From an uncultured Bdellovibrionales bacterium (GTDB taxonomy: Bacteria > Patescibacteriota > Minisyncoccia > Moranbacterales > UBA1568): DNA of 64,000 nt. The notes beneath the pieces are model-generated. The model worked only from the letters and a program-made list of their open reading frames with translations, made no database searches and had not been told where the DNA came from. Location of the stretch: positions 24,279 through 88,278 of the forward strand of contig CAZQWS010000001.1 in assembly GCA_964597355.1 (NCBI GenBank), read 5' to 3'. The position numbers and the translations under genes are program-made. Shown in pieces: positions 1-9,901 of this stretch (within the stretch, counting starts at the first letter, position 1; each line of letters starts with the position of its first letter).

Positions 1-1060
1 ATGCACCAACCCTCATCTTTCGAGGATCATCTTTAATTTTGTAGAGAATACCGCCCTTGCGCACATTACGCTCTTCAATGAGTTTTTTCTCAAAGGCGAT
101 AGCCTCTTTCATATGAGGATTCTCTTCGGTAATGCAGTACTTCCACTGCATATAGCGAAATTTGTAAACAAAAAATTTCTTTCCATCCTCTCCCACCCGT
201 TCATTGGTATAAATAATCGGCCCATCCGGGTCTTCAATTTTGATAAGAAGAGCAATGATAAACATGAGAGGAGAAAAGAGGAAGGTTAAGCCAAAACCAG
301 CCACGATATCAAAACCCCGCTTCAGCACCTTCCCCCAACCATCGAGCGGCGTATGTTGAAACTCAATGATTGGTTCGCCATTGAAAATTTTCATCTCAAA
401 CCGAGGTGTCTGCAAGGTCGTCGGAAAGTATTTATACGTAATGTTATTGATCTGACAGTAGTCAAACAATTTCTCCTGCTCATCGTCGGTGAGTGTCGGA
501 TCACCGATAACAATTTCATCAATACCTTTCTTGACGCGGATTTCCTTAATCCGACTCACGCTGGCAGTATCAATCTGATCGACAACCTTGTACCCCAACT
601 CTTTTTTGCGAGTGAGTAGTTGTTTCAAAGCATACATGCGCTGATTGGTCCCAATGAGGAGAATTCTGTGTACTCCGATACCACGATTGATCAGAAGCCA
701 CTTCTGGATCCTCTGAATAATAAGCCGAGTCATCACTACATAGAAAATAGCCAGAAGCCAACCAACCAAGATCACGAAACGGGAAGAAAACCACTCGCGT
801 TGGAGGAAAACGGCGATCATCAAGATAATGAGGCCAATCGTGATAGCCCGAGCTACTCCATAAAACTCTTGCCAAGCTCGACGGGTCGTACGCATCTGGT
901 ACAGCCCTTCAAAGGCAATAATCGCAATAAAAAACGGCGCTACAGTCAACGCAAAGCGAATATAATCATCGAGCGCGAGGTTGAACACTCGCGAGACATA
1001 CGGCTGAAAGATAGCTAAGCCACGCAAAAAATACGCTGAGATAGCTGCCAGGAGAATCAT
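1..1060 (-). CDS. Polyprenyl glycosylphosphotransferase (bacterial sugar transferase, WbaP/ExoY-like). C-terminus runs off the window start.
   Basis: Manual minus-strand translation from the ATG at 1058-1060. It gives a multi-TM N-terminus (MILLAAISAYFLRGLAIF...) and a C-terminal sugar-transferase signature (...KFRYMQW...KIKDDPRKMRVG...). The frame is open to position 1. It is absent from the ORF track because no stop lies inside the window. Confidence 0.7.
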   Translation of the reverse strand, partial: MILLAAISAYFLRGLAIFQPYVSRVFNLALDDYIRFALTVAPFFIAIIAFEGLYQMRTTRRAWQEFYGVARAITIGLIILMIAVFLQREWFSSRFVILVGWLLAIFYVVMTRLIIQRIQKWLLINRGIGVHRILLIGTNQRMYALKQLLTRKKELGYKVVDQIDTASVSRIKEIRVKKGIDEIVIGDPTLTDDEQEKLFDYCQINNITYKYFPTTLQTPRFEMKIFNGEPIIEFQHTPLDGWGKVLKRGFDIVAGFGLTFLFSPLMFIIALLIKIEDPDGPIIYTNERVGEDGKKFFVYKFRYMQWKYCITEENPHMKEAIAFEKKLIEERNVRKGGILYKIKDDPRKMRVGA

Positions 1061-1149
1061 GATAAAGTCGACAGGGACCTGGAGCGTACTAAAATAAATT
1101 TCTGAGCGTTTCACAAGATAGAGTATACAAGTGATAAGCAAACAAGAAA

Positions 1150-1616
1150 CCCTTTACAAAACAGATCGATAAGCCGGATTCTGTACTCTACGATTGCTCG
1201 TAGCGTGACTACCATTTCTCTTGCTTCTGTATTACTACAGAAATCTTTGCGGTTCTCCCAGCACCTATCGAGCTTCAAGTATCTTTCTGTAAATTTTCTT
1301 AATACTGTACTCCAGAATATTAGGAGAACTTGGGATATAAGAAAGTTCTTTAATAAATACAATAAGCTCGATAGGTGCTGGGCACGACCTTGCACTCGAG
1401 TAAGGATTTAGCCGTTTCACCTTCTCAATTACTTGAAAAGCTCATCCTGTGATTGCTCAAAGGATGCCTGGTACCTTTCGGCCCCGACGTCTCTGCTCGC
1501 ACCTCGCGTCTCACAACGTATGGGAGTTACCCACTACCCTTACCCTTCGAAAGAAGGGCTGAGTGTCCGGACTTTCCTCGCCGTAGCGCGGTAGTCTGAT
1601 CTGTTTTGTAAAGGAT
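1150..1616 (-). ncRNA. rnpB: RNase P RNA (bacterial type A-like)
   Basis: Minus-strand read contains the P4 5' strand GGAAAGTCCGGAC and the P4 3' strand AGAATCCGGCTTATCG. It also has GGGTAACTCCC and GAAGGTGAAACGG motifs. Terminal helix P1: CCTTTACAAAACAGATC (rc of 1598-1614) pairs with GATCTGTTTTGTAAAGG (rc of 1151-1167). Only short antisense ORFs cover the region. Confidence 0.75.
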
Positions 1617-1708
1617 CCCCTTACTCTTCCAACTGGAGAATCTTATCACAATTTATATAAATTGTCAATCAAAAATCCTCCTCTTCAGATCATGAAAAAA
1701 TGGCTTAG

Positions 1709-4075
1709 CTAAAGCCTCAATCGCATGCACAGATGCTCCCCTGCCTCGCGAACAATACTCTCAAACTTTTCATCCATTTCCGCACTCGAGAGCGTGCGCT
1801 CATACGAACCAAAGCCGAGATGGAGAGCAAAGCTTTTTTCTGTCTCAGTGGTATACACATCAAACAATTCACTGGAAAGAAGCAGTGGCGCCCCAGCAAG
1901 ATCAATCACTTGCTTGAGACGAGCAAAGCTCACATCCTTAGGACCAACGAGGGATATGTCACGCATAGCCAAAGGAAAGCGAGAAATGCCTTTAAATACC
2001 TTCTCGCTCCCCTCGAGCGCCTGCCAGGTTTTTACAGGGATCTCCGCATACAAAAGCACTGCTTTTTTCCCAAGCCGGCTGGTATATTTGTCATGGACAA
2101 CCCCGACATATCCGAGCGACTCACTCATGACACTGACATGCGCGACTCGAGTCGGATGGAAACAGACTGGTGCATTGTTCGCTACACTTTCCCAGAGTGG
2201 GTTGAGATGACTTAGGCCAAACAAACTTTCAATTTTGGCCTTGAAATGGAGGAATGATTCCTCAACAGAGTCGGATTCCTTTTCAAAGTGCACTAAACCA
2301 ATACGTTTCTCCTCTTCTGGACCAGTCTTGCCATCAAGGAAAATGCTTCCGTATTCAAAGCAAGCAAAGTGATCAAAGTTCTTCACGTTTTGGCTGACGC
2401 TACGGAACAGGTTCGGGAAGAGGCTCGCCCTGAGGTAGGTCTGATCTGGGTTCATAGGGTTCGCCAAAGTGAGGTGCTTTTCTTTTTCTACCGCACTCAT
2501 TTCCAGGGACTTTTCTCCATAAAAGGAATACGTCATTACTTCGTCAAATCCCATGTCCGCAAGCTGTTCCTTGACTTGCCGCTCGAAAAGCTTGGCCCGA
2601 TCTCGAGTTTCTGGCATTGCTGGCAAACGAAGCGGGATTGGATCGATCGTATCGTAGCCACGCATGCGGCCGATTTCTTCGATAATATCTTCAGGATGAT
2701 TGAGGTCTCCTCGGCGAAGCGGTACGGTAATCAATAGCGCCTGTCGGTTAGGAAGTTTCTTCACCGAAAGCCCGAGCCATGAACAATATTGCACTACCTC
2801 AAAGAGAGGCACTTTGATTCCGAGAAGACTCGCTACCGTATCGAGTTCGAGAATAATATTTTTGGGCTTGGGGAGTTTCACACCTGCTTCACGCAGCGTC
2901 ATCTCTCTCCCTAGTCCCCAGGCTTCCACATAGCGAGCAAGCAGTGGCGCTACTTCATCGGCCCGCGAGAGGTCAATGCCCCGTTCAAAGCGATAGGCCG
3001 CGTCCGTAAGCAAATGATAGCGCTTCTCAGTCCGGCGAATGCTTGCTGCCTCAAAATGAGCAATTTCAAATACCACGCTCTTGGTCTTTTCCTCGATACC
3101 AGAATGTTTGCCTCCCATAACCCCAGCCAAGGCGATCGGTTTCTTGGCATCGGCAATGACGATATCATCAGAAGAAAGTGAGAGACTGGTGCCATCGAGC
3201 AAGAGAAGCTTTTCTCGGTTCTTGGCCTCACGCACGACAATCCCTCCCTTTGGAATAGCATCCGCATCAAAAGCATGGATGGGTTGACCCGTTTCCAGCA
3301 TGAGGTAATTGGTGAGATCAACCAGAGCATTGATTGGCCGCAACCCCGAAAGGAGGAGACGTGCTTGGACATCAATAGGAGTTTCTACTCGGTTCAACTT
3401 TGGAAGGTAAATAGCGAGATAACGGAGAGCGCGTTTGGACTTGAGCGTTACCTTGGGCACACGTGGGCTCTTTTTGATGGATCGTTTCGGAGGAGTGTTT
3501 TTGAGAAACCAAGCTTCATAGCCTTCGAGAGCGGCGATTTCCCGAGCCAAACCTCGATAGGAAAGGGTGTCCCCGCTTCGGTCAGGCAAAATCTTTACAT
3601 CAAGCAAGGTGTCATCGAGTCCGGCATACGGAGCAAAATCCTTGCCAAGAGGCGCATCGGGAGCGAGAACAAGAATACCCTCGTGATTTTCCCCGAGTCC
3701 GAGTTCTTTGGCCGAGCAGATCATGCCTTGTGAAAGCACTCCACGGAGTTCAGATTCTTTGATCACGATCCCTCCCGGGAGATGGGCTCCAGGAAGCGCC
3801 ACGGCTACCTTTTGACCCACTGCTAGGTTGGGTGCGCCACAGACAATTTCTCGCTTTTCCTTTTTTTCTACCTGAACCTCGGCCACGCGCAAACGATCGG
3901 CATTGGGGTGTTGTTTCACCGTGAGCACCTTTCCGATCACCACGTTTTCCAAACCATGCTGGTATTTTTCTATCGATTCCACTTCAAACGCATGCGTCAT
4001 AAGAAGCTCAGCCAATTTCTCGGGTGAGCGCCTCGTGCCAGACAGTTCTTTGAGCCATTTATATGAAAAAAGCAT
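1709..4075 (-). CDS. pheT: Phenylalanine--tRNA ligase beta subunit
   Basis: 788-aa ORF starting MLFSYKWLKEL... B3/4 and tRNA-binding domains typical of PheT. Lies directly downstream of pheS. Confidence 0.95.
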   Translation of the reverse strand: MLFSYKWLKELSGTRRSPEKLAELLMTHAFEVESIEKYQHGLENVVIGKVLTVKQHPNADRLRVAEVQVEKKEKREIVCGAPNLAVGQKVAVALPGAHLPGGIVIKESELRGVLSQGMICSAKELGLGENHEGILVLAPDAPLGKDFAPYAGLDDTLLDVKILPDRSGDTLSYRGLAREIAALEGYEAWFLKNTPPKRSIKKSPRVPKVTLKSKRALRYLAIYLPKLNRVETPIDVQARLLLSGLRPINALVDLTNYLMLETGQPIHAFDADAIPKGGIVVREAKNREKLLLLDGTSLSLSSDDIVIADAKKPIALAGVMGGKHSGIEEKTKSVVFEIAHFEAASIRRTEKRYHLLTDAAYRFERGIDLSRADEVAPLLARYVEAWGLGREMTLREAGVKLPKPKNIILELDTVASLLGIKVPLFEVVQYCSWLGLSVKKLPNRQALLITVPLRRGDLNHPEDIIEEIGRMRGYDTIDPIPLRLPAMPETRDRAKLFERQVKEQLADMGFDEVMTYSFYGEKSLEMSAVEKEKHLTLANPMNPDQTYLRASLFPNLFRSVSQNVKNFDHFACFEYGSIFLDGKTGPEEEKRIGLVHFEKESDSVEESFLHFKAKIESLFGLSHLNPLWESVANNAPVCFHPTRVAHVSVMSESLGYVGVVHDKYTSRLGKKAVLLYAEIPVKTWQALEGSEKVFKGISRFPLAMRDISLVGPKDVSFARLKQVIDLAGAPLLLSSELFDVYTTETEKSFALHLGFGSYERTLSSAEMDEKFESIVREAGEHLCMRLRL

Positions 4076-4080
4076 AGAAT

Positions 4081-5112
4081 CTAAAATTGCTGAGTAAATC
4101 GGAGGTCACCACTCATGAGGAGACGGATATCCGTAATTTTGTATTTCATCATAGCGAGCCGAGTCAAACCAAAGCCCCAGGCAAATCCTTGGTACTCGTT
4201 ACGTTTGTAGCCAGCTGCCTCAAAAACATTCTGATGCACCATGCCAGCACCGCCAATCTCAAGCCAACCCGTCCCTTTACAAACTGGACAACCAGTCCCG
4301 CCACAGAGAAGACAACTCACATCAAATTCAAACGATGGTTCGGTAAAAGGGAAGAAACTGGGGCGGAGTCGCACTTCGATTTTCTTTTCAAAAAAAGTTG
4401 TAAAGAATGTTTCTGCCAAGTGTTTGAAGTTGGCTACCGAAATATCTTTCCCAACTACCAAGCATTCAAACTGATGGAACGTATGCTCATGTGAAGCATC
4501 GGTCGCTTCATTGCGGAAAATCCGACCCGGGATAATGATCTGGAAGGGAGGGGTATGGGTTTGCATATAGCGCACCTGCACCGACGAAGTGTGTGTCCGA
4601 GGGAGAAACTTTTTCTTCCCCCACTGCTTCTCAAGCCAGAAAGCATCCTGCATGTCACGCGCTGGATGGTCCGGTGGGAAATTGAGAGCATCAAAGTTGT
4701 ACCATTCACTTTCTACCTCAGGACCGTCGGCTATGCCAAAACCCATCGAAGTAAAGATGTCTTCAATTTCATGTTCGATCTGAGTGATCGGATGGAGATG
4801 GCCCGACGTATATCCTCGGCCAGGAAGCGTCACATCGATACGCTCCGCTTCATAATCCCGACTGTTTTCCACTAGGTTGGTTCGTGTCTGGTTCAGTGCT
4901 TCGGATAGCTCCTGCTTCAGAGCATTTCCCTTGAAACCTACTGCTTTACGTTCTTCCGGAGAGAGATCTTTGACACCTCGAAGAAGATTGTTAAATTCGC
5001 TTTTTCGGCCAAGATAGATATTTTCCCAGTCACGCAAAGCCGCCTCATCCTTGATGGTGGCGAGCTTTGAGAGGGCTTCAGTTTTGAGTGTTTCCAGTCG
5101 TTCGAGCATCAT
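4081..5112 (-). CDS. pheS: Phenylalanine--tRNA ligase alpha subunit
   Basis: 343-aa ORF with a class II aaRS core (FRNEATDASHEHTFHQFE, GWLEIGGAGMVHQNV). 5-nt gap to pheT. Confidence 0.95.
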   Translation of the reverse strand: MMLERLETLKTEALSKLATIKDEAALRDWENIYLGRKSEFNNLLRGVKDLSPEERKAVGFKGNALKQELSEALNQTRTNLVENSRDYEAERIDVTLPGRGYTSGHLHPITQIEHEIEDIFTSMGFGIADGPEVESEWYNFDALNFPPDHPARDMQDAFWLEKQWGKKKFLPRTHTSSVQVRYMQTHTPPFQIIIPGRIFRNEATDASHEHTFHQFECLVVGKDISVANFKHLAETFFTTFFEKKIEVRLRPSFFPFTEPSFEFDVSCLLCGGTGCPVCKGTGWLEIGGAGMVHQNVFEAAGYKRNEYQGFAWGFGLTRLAMMKYKITDIRLLMSGDLRFTQQF

Positions 5113-5255
5113 GTTGTCAGTCTATCGTAACTGAGAAAGCTGGTCAAAATGACCCTTGTGGTCATCCCGGGCTTGACCCGGGAACCAGTTAATTTTACAC
5201 AGAAGAACACCCCCTAGATTCCGGCTCGCAGGCCGGAATGACAATAAAACATCTT
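5112..5255 (-). promoter_or_regulatory. Structured spacer between the tyrS stop and the pheS start. Two GC-rich stem-loops; possible tyrS terminator or pheST leader/attenuator.
   Basis: Hairpins TCCGGC-CTGCGA-GCCGGA and TCCCGGG-TCAAG-CCCGGGA read on the minus strand. No clean U-tract after them. Confidence 0.3.
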
Positions 5256-6461
5256 TCAAAAAACAATTTTTACAAAGTCCTTCTTACCGACTTTGAGGAT
5301 TTTATCTTGATAACTCGAAGTGAGCGGAAGATTTGGATCAAGAAGTTTTTCATCATTACAAGAAACCCCGCCCTGTTCGATTTTACGTCGGGCCTCACCT
5401 TTGCTTTCGGCGAGTTCCGCTGCAACAATGACTTCGATAAGATGCATACCTTCGGTTACTTTCACTTCCGGTACATTGACTGGAATTTTTCGCTCAGAAA
5501 AGGTTTGGCTGAAGTAATTCTCAGCTTCCTTAGCTGCGTCTCCACCATGATAAAGCTTCACAATCTCATAAGCTAGACGTTTTTTTGCATCACGAGGATT
5601 AGAACCTTCCTTCATTCCTTCCTCTACTGCGTTAATGTAATTTATTGGAACACGAGTACAATGGACAAAATAAGAAACAATCAGTTCATCGGGGATACTC
5701 ATGACTTTCCCAAACATGTCATTGGGCGTATCGGTGAGATTGATCGTGTTGCCCCAGCTCGAACTCATCTTGCGGCCATCGGTACCCAAGATGAGATTGG
5801 TCATGAGGATATCCTGAGGCTCCTTGGCCCAAGTGGATTGGAGCTTGCGGCCGGCCAAGAGATTGAAACGCTGGTCAGTACCCCCGAGCTCTACGCTCGC
5901 TTCTACCTTGAGACTATCGATCCCCTGGAAAACGGGGTAGAGCATTTCGCGCAGTGACACCCGCTTGCCTGCATCGAGGCGCTTCTTGATGTTTTCTCGA
6001 GAAATGAATTCAGCCACCGAAAAAGCATCCGCATGCGTCACTATTTGCTCGAGCTGCATATCCTTGAACCACTCCGAATTGTGTTTTACTTCAGTCTTAT
6101 CTTTATCCAAGATTTTGAAAGCTTGGGCGAGGTAAGTTTCCATGTTTTGCCGTACATCCTCCGCAGACAACATGGGGCGTTCGGAATCCTTGTCAGATGT
6201 ATCACCAATTTCTGCAGTAAAGTCGCCCACGATAAACACCACTTGGCAGCCCAAGTCCTGGAAATCTTTCAGCTTGAGAAGCGGCACCGAGCGACCTAAG
6301 TGGAGATTGCGACTGGTCGGATCAATCCCGAGTTTCACTCGCAGTTTCTCACCCGCAAGCAATTTGGATTTCAAATGCTCCCGATCAATTACTTCCGCCG
6401 CTCCCCGGGTAAGGAGTTCTTCAATCTGTTTTTCTCGAGTTAAAATTTCTTCTTGTGACAT
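5256..6461 (-). CDS. tyrS: Tyrosine--tRNA ligase (short archaeal/eukaryal-like type with C-terminal S4-like domain)
   Basis: HIGH-type motif NLHLG within GIDPTSRNLHLGRSVPLLKLKDFQ. KMSKS variant KMSSS. C-terminal RKIEQGGVS. Ends with TGA. Confidence 0.9.
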   Translation of the reverse strand: MSQEEILTREKQIEELLTRGAAEVIDREHLKSKLLAGEKLRVKLGIDPTSRNLHLGRSVPLLKLKDFQDLGCQVVFIVGDFTAEIGDTSDKDSERPMLSAEDVRQNMETYLAQAFKILDKDKTEVKHNSEWFKDMQLEQIVTHADAFSVAEFISRENIKKRLDAGKRVSLREMLYPVFQGIDSLKVEASVELGGTDQRFNLLAGRKLQSTWAKEPQDILMTNLILGTDGRKMSSSWGNTINLTDTPNDMFGKVMSIPDELIVSYFVHCTRVPINYINAVEEGMKEGSNPRDAKKRLAYEIVKLYHGGDAAKEAENYFSQTFSERKIPVNVPEVKVTEGMHLIEVIVAAELAESKGEARRKIEQGGVSCNDEKLLDPNLPLTSSYQDKILKVGKKDFVKIVF

Positions 6462-6519
6462 AGCTTTTCAAAAGTAGATAGACCGTATTTCGAATACCGT
6501 ATTCAGTATACCGCAAAAA

Positions 6520-6894
6520 TCACTGAGCTGATTTCATAAGGCCTGAAAGCATCTTACTAAGCTCTACTGTCTCAGTCGCCAAAGCCTTGAACTCACTCCC
6601 TGGTAAATATCCAACATCTTTTGCGACTAACAATTGATTCTGAATTTCAGTCAATGAACCAAAAGCGATTGCATAAAACTGCGCCTTTTCTTTTGGAGAC
6701 TTCCTTCGAAATCCTTCTGCGATATTGGAAGTGAAGGAGACTGCCGCTCGTCGCAACTGAGAAATAAGGCCGAAAACCTCATCTCGTGGGAATTGTTTAG
6801 TAACTCGATAAATATCTAGAACTAGAGCATGTCCTTTTTGCCAAGTCCGGAGATCGGTAAATGACTGGATTTTTCCTTCTTTCTTTTCCGGCAT
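6520..6894 (-). CDS. Four-helix-bundle protein (TIGR02436; formerly called '23S rRNA intervening sequence protein')
   Basis: 124-aa all-helical ORF: ...WQKGHALVLDIYRVTKQFPRDEVFGLISQLRRAAVSFTSNIAEG... Matches the family pattern. Confidence 0.8.
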   Translation of the reverse strand: MPEKKEGKIQSFTDLRTWQKGHALVLDIYRVTKQFPRDEVFGLISQLRRAAVSFTSNIAEGFRRKSPKEKAQFYAIAFGSLTEIQNQLLVAKDVGYLPGSEFKALATETVELSKMLSGLMKSAQ

Positions 6895-6918
6895 ACGGTC
6901 TACGATATACGGGATACG

Positions 6919-7215
6919 TTACAGTCCGAGTTTGCGTTTGGCGAGACGGTATTGGTCATCTGACATTTGACCGGCTCGTTTCATGGATTCAAGCTGCTCG
7001 AGGATTTCTTTCTTGTGCTTTTGTACATTTTCTGGCTTCATCGCCTTCTGCATCACCTTGTTGCGTTCCTCGGGCGACATCGCCATGATGCGCTTCATGG
7101 CAAATTTCTGGAACATATTCATGTCCTCCGCGCCGGGCATATGTTCGAGTGCCTCTTCAATTTTCTTCTTTTCTTCTTCCTTTTTAGGATCTTTTTTAAA
7201 TGGATTCCATTGCAT
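6919..7215 (-). CDS. Hypothetical small Lys/Glu/Met-rich protein
   Basis: 98-aa ORF (MQWNPFKKDPKKEEEKKK...MAMSPEERNKVMQKAMKP...). Fills the gap between the four-helix-bundle gene and secF. No recognisable domain. Confidence 0.4.
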   Translation of the reverse strand: MQWNPFKKDPKKEEEKKKIEEALEHMPGAEDMNMFQKFAMKRIMAMSPEERNKVMQKAMKPENVQKHKKEILEQLESMKRAGQMSDDQYRLAKRKLGL

Positions 7216-7295
7216 ACATTCAGCGGTTAGGGTTTAGGGGATAGAATTTTATTTTCACTTCTTAATCTTTTTACTCAACGCTCGACGCTACACGC

Positions 7296-8204
7296 TTAAC
7301 CCTGTTTTCTGACTTTAAATCGGTAACGCGTAACGAGAAGGGCTGAAGCGATAAAGATCGAGGAGTACGTTCCGAAGCCGACCCCTACCAAAAGCGCTAC
7401 GGCAAACCAGCGGACGCTCTCGCCACCGAGAAGCGCGATCGCAACGAGCACGATAATCACCGTCAGCGAAGTGTTGATAGAGCGGACGATCGTTTCATTG
7501 AGCGAGTGATTGACGATGGATTCAAAGCTTATCCCCCGCTTAGCTCGGAGCAAGTTCTCGCGCACTCGATCATACACGACGATCGTGTCATTGACTGAAT
7601 ACCCGAGAATAGTAAGGAGAGCTGCAATGAAGGGTACCCCCACTTCGATCCCATAGAAATGCCCCAATACGCTAAAGATACCCACTGTAATGATAATGTC
7701 ATGGGCGAGGGCGATGATCGCTCCCAAGCCATATTCCCAGGAGCTAATCGGTTGAGAAACTCGACGAAACGCCCAGGCAATATAGAGCGCGATCCCGAGA
7801 AGCGCCAAAGCTGTTCCTGAAAAAGCCTGTTCTTTGATTTGACTTGAGACTGTGGCGCCGATAAAGTCGACCCTGAGTTGCTTCAGATTCGGATCAAAGG
7901 ACTTGAGCTCAGTGAGCACCCGTTCATTGGTTCCCTCATCGGAAGCGAGGTAGCGGAGGAGCATCCCATATTCGGCCGTGGGCTGTACCGTGAGGCTTTG
8001 GAGTTCCACGGGAGCCAGTTTCTCTCGAACGAGATCAGCCGTCGGATAAAGTTCTGAAGCGAATTGCACCTCCATGAGGGTTCCCCCCTTGAAGTCGAGG
8101 CCAAGTCGCAGTCCCCAAACACTGATCGCGACCACACTCGAGAGCGTCAGGAGAAGTGAGAAGGCATAGAAGTAGCGGCGCTTATTGATGAAATTGACAG
8201 CCAT
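7296..8204 (-). CDS. secF: Protein translocase subunit SecF
   Basis: 302-aa ORF with the SecF hallmark LDFKGGTLMEVQF and six TM segments. 5 nt downstream of secD. Confidence 0.9.
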   Translation of the reverse strand: MAVNFINKRRYFYAFSLLLTLSSVVAISVWGLRLGLDFKGGTLMEVQFASELYPTADLVREKLAPVELQSLTVQPTAEYGMLLRYLASDEGTNERVLTELKSFDPNLKQLRVDFIGATVSSQIKEQAFSGTALALLGIALYIAWAFRRVSQPISSWEYGLGAIIALAHDIIITVGIFSVLGHFYGIEVGVPFIAALLTILGYSVNDTIVVYDRVRENLLRAKRGISFESIVNHSLNETIVRSINTSLTVIIVLVAIALLGGESVRWFAVALLVGVGFGTYSSIFIASALLVTRYRFKVRKQG

Positions 8205-8209
8205 AGCAA

Positions 8210-9901
8210 TTATTCAAGAGGTGAGCTCGGTTTTTTAGGTGTAGAGAGTACCCATGGGTGACGCTCCATCCAGTCGGCAAAGAAAAATTCAGTCATAATC
8301 CGTACCAAAACTACCGCTGTAAACAAAGACAAGATCACCCCGAGAGCCAGTGTAATCGCGAAGCCTTTGACGAAGCCGGTGCCGATGCCCATGAGGACGA
8401 CGGTCGTGATGAGCGTTGAGAGATGACCATCACGAATCGAAGGCCAAGCTCGACGAAAACCTTCTTTCAAAGAAGTACGCATGGATTTCCCAAACGAGAA
8501 CTCTTCTCGGGTACGCTCAAAGATGAGCACATTGGCGTCAACCGCGATCCCAATCGAGAGAATAAATCCAGCGATACCCGAAAGTGTAAGAGTAATAGGA
8601 AAGGGTGTCAGTGCCGAAAGCTTGAACAGCGCGAGGAGCATAGCGGTATAGAGAAGGAGGGCGATCACGGCGATGAGCCCGAGAAAACGATAGAAGAACA
8701 CCATGAACACCGCCACCGCTGCAAGCCCGAGCACTCCCGCCCGGATACTCATATCGAGCGCTGTTTTCCCGAGACTGGCATCGATTGATTGCTGAGACAC
8801 GAGCGTAATCGGGACTGGGAGAGCACCTTCATTGAAGCGCTTCACCAAGTCATTGGCTTCCGGCAGAGTAAAGTCGCCAGTGATGACTGCTTCACCATTC
8901 AAGATTTCAGATTGAACCGTCGGCTGACTGATGATCTGCTGATCGAGAAAAATAGCCACGGGCTTCCCGATATTGCGCTGCGTAATTTCCGAGAAGAGCC
9001 TGGTCCCTTCTTCATCAAACCGCAGGCCAATCTGTGGCGCCCCCAATCCCTGGCTTTGGTAATCCACAAAAGCGTCTTTCAAGTTTTTACCAGAGAGTCC
9101 AGTCGCTTTGAACTGAAGAAGTGGGAATTGGGAAATATCGTATTTGGGAAACAAGATATGCGCAATCTTCACTTCGCGTTCATCACCTTCGCCTCGCTCA
9201 TCCAACTTTTTCAGAATGTGCCAGCCGAAATCAGTTTCGACAAGCTTCGGCCAGGCCGAACCTTTTTGGAAATTCGGATCAAAAGTGACTTCATCAAACT
9301 GGGGTACATAGTATCCCTTCTTCTGGAAATCGTATTCTCCGCCCTTGTCTTTCGATCCTGGATCCTGACTCCAGGTCTTGGCGGCTTCAGCAAAGTCCGA
9401 GCCATTCAAAACATTTTCCAAAATTTTTCCGGCTGAATCTAGAGACTGGGCATTGGCTTCAGTGATTTGTTTCACTGATTCATCCTCCTCACTGGCGAGT
9501 TCGCGGAATTCAAGAAAGGGCGTTTCTTTGATGAGCTTCTTCGCTTCTTCGATATCTTTCACCCCCGGAAGCTCGACGATGATACGACTTTCACTTCCTG
9601 ATTTCGAAAGTTGGACCAAGGGTTCACCGACGCCAAAGGCATTCACCCGACGTTCGATCACGGCGACTGCCGCTTCGAGAGCTTCGTCCCGTTTGTCCTC
9701 GGCTACATCATTGGTATTGGCCACATACTCGAGGTGGATACCACCCTCAAGATCAAGGCCGTAATTCATCTGGAGCCGGCCAAAAAACTGCTCTACCGGT
9801 GGGGCAAAAGAAAGCATCCGAGGATAGGCCAAAACAGCCGAAAAAAGACCAAGCAGGACCACTCCTGCGAAGCGCAGACGTAATTTCTGAATAGCGTTCA
9901 T
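8210..9901 (-). CDS. secD: Protein translocase subunit SecD
   Basis: SecD motifs (LDLEGGIHLEY; a large periplasmic domain; a C-terminal six-TM bundle). The track ORF extends to a TTG at 9937. The ATG at 9901 (MNAIQKLRLRF..., signal anchor) is the likelier start, because exactly that initiation segment is duplicated upstream. Confidence 0.9.
   Translation of the reverse strand: MNAIQKLRLRFAGVVLLGLFSAVLAYPRMLSFAPPVEQFFGRLQMNYGLDLEGGIHLEYVANTNDVAEDKRDEALEAAVAVIERRVNAFGVGEPLVQLSKSGSESRIIVELPGVKDIEEAKKLIKETPFLEFRELASEEDESVKQITEANAQSLDSAGKILENVLNGSDFAEAAKTWSQDPGSKDKGGEYDFQKKGYYVPQFDEVTFDPNFQKGSAWPKLVETDFGWHILKKLDERGEGDEREVKIAHILFPKYDISQFPLLQFKATGLSGKNLKDAFVDYQSQGLGAPQIGLRFDEEGTRLFSEITQRNIGKPVAIFLDQQIISQPTVQSEILNGEAVITGDFTLPEANDLVKRFNEGALPVPITLVSQQSIDASLGKTALDMSIRAGVLGLAAVAVFMVFFYRFLGLIAVIALLLYTAMLLALFKLSALTPFPITLTLSGIAGFILSIGIAVDANVLIFERTREEFSFGKSMRTSLKEGFRRAWPSIRDGHLSTLITTVVLMGIGTGFVKGFAITLALGVILSLFTAVVLVRIMTEFFFADWMERHPWVLSTPKKPSSPLE

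Noticed and set aside
1111-1411. ORFs 1111..1395 (-) and 1205..1411 (+)
   Set aside because: They lie entirely within the RNase P RNA gene. They are short and have no protein-like features.
1725-2215. Two ~160-aa plus-strand ORFs
   Set aside because: They are antisense to pheT, which has unmistakable PheT homology along its whole length.
5238-6477. Plus-strand ORFs 5238..5576, 5661..5957 and 6142..6477
   Set aside because: They are antisense to tyrS. Ser/Arg-rich, low-complexity translations typical of shadow ORFs.
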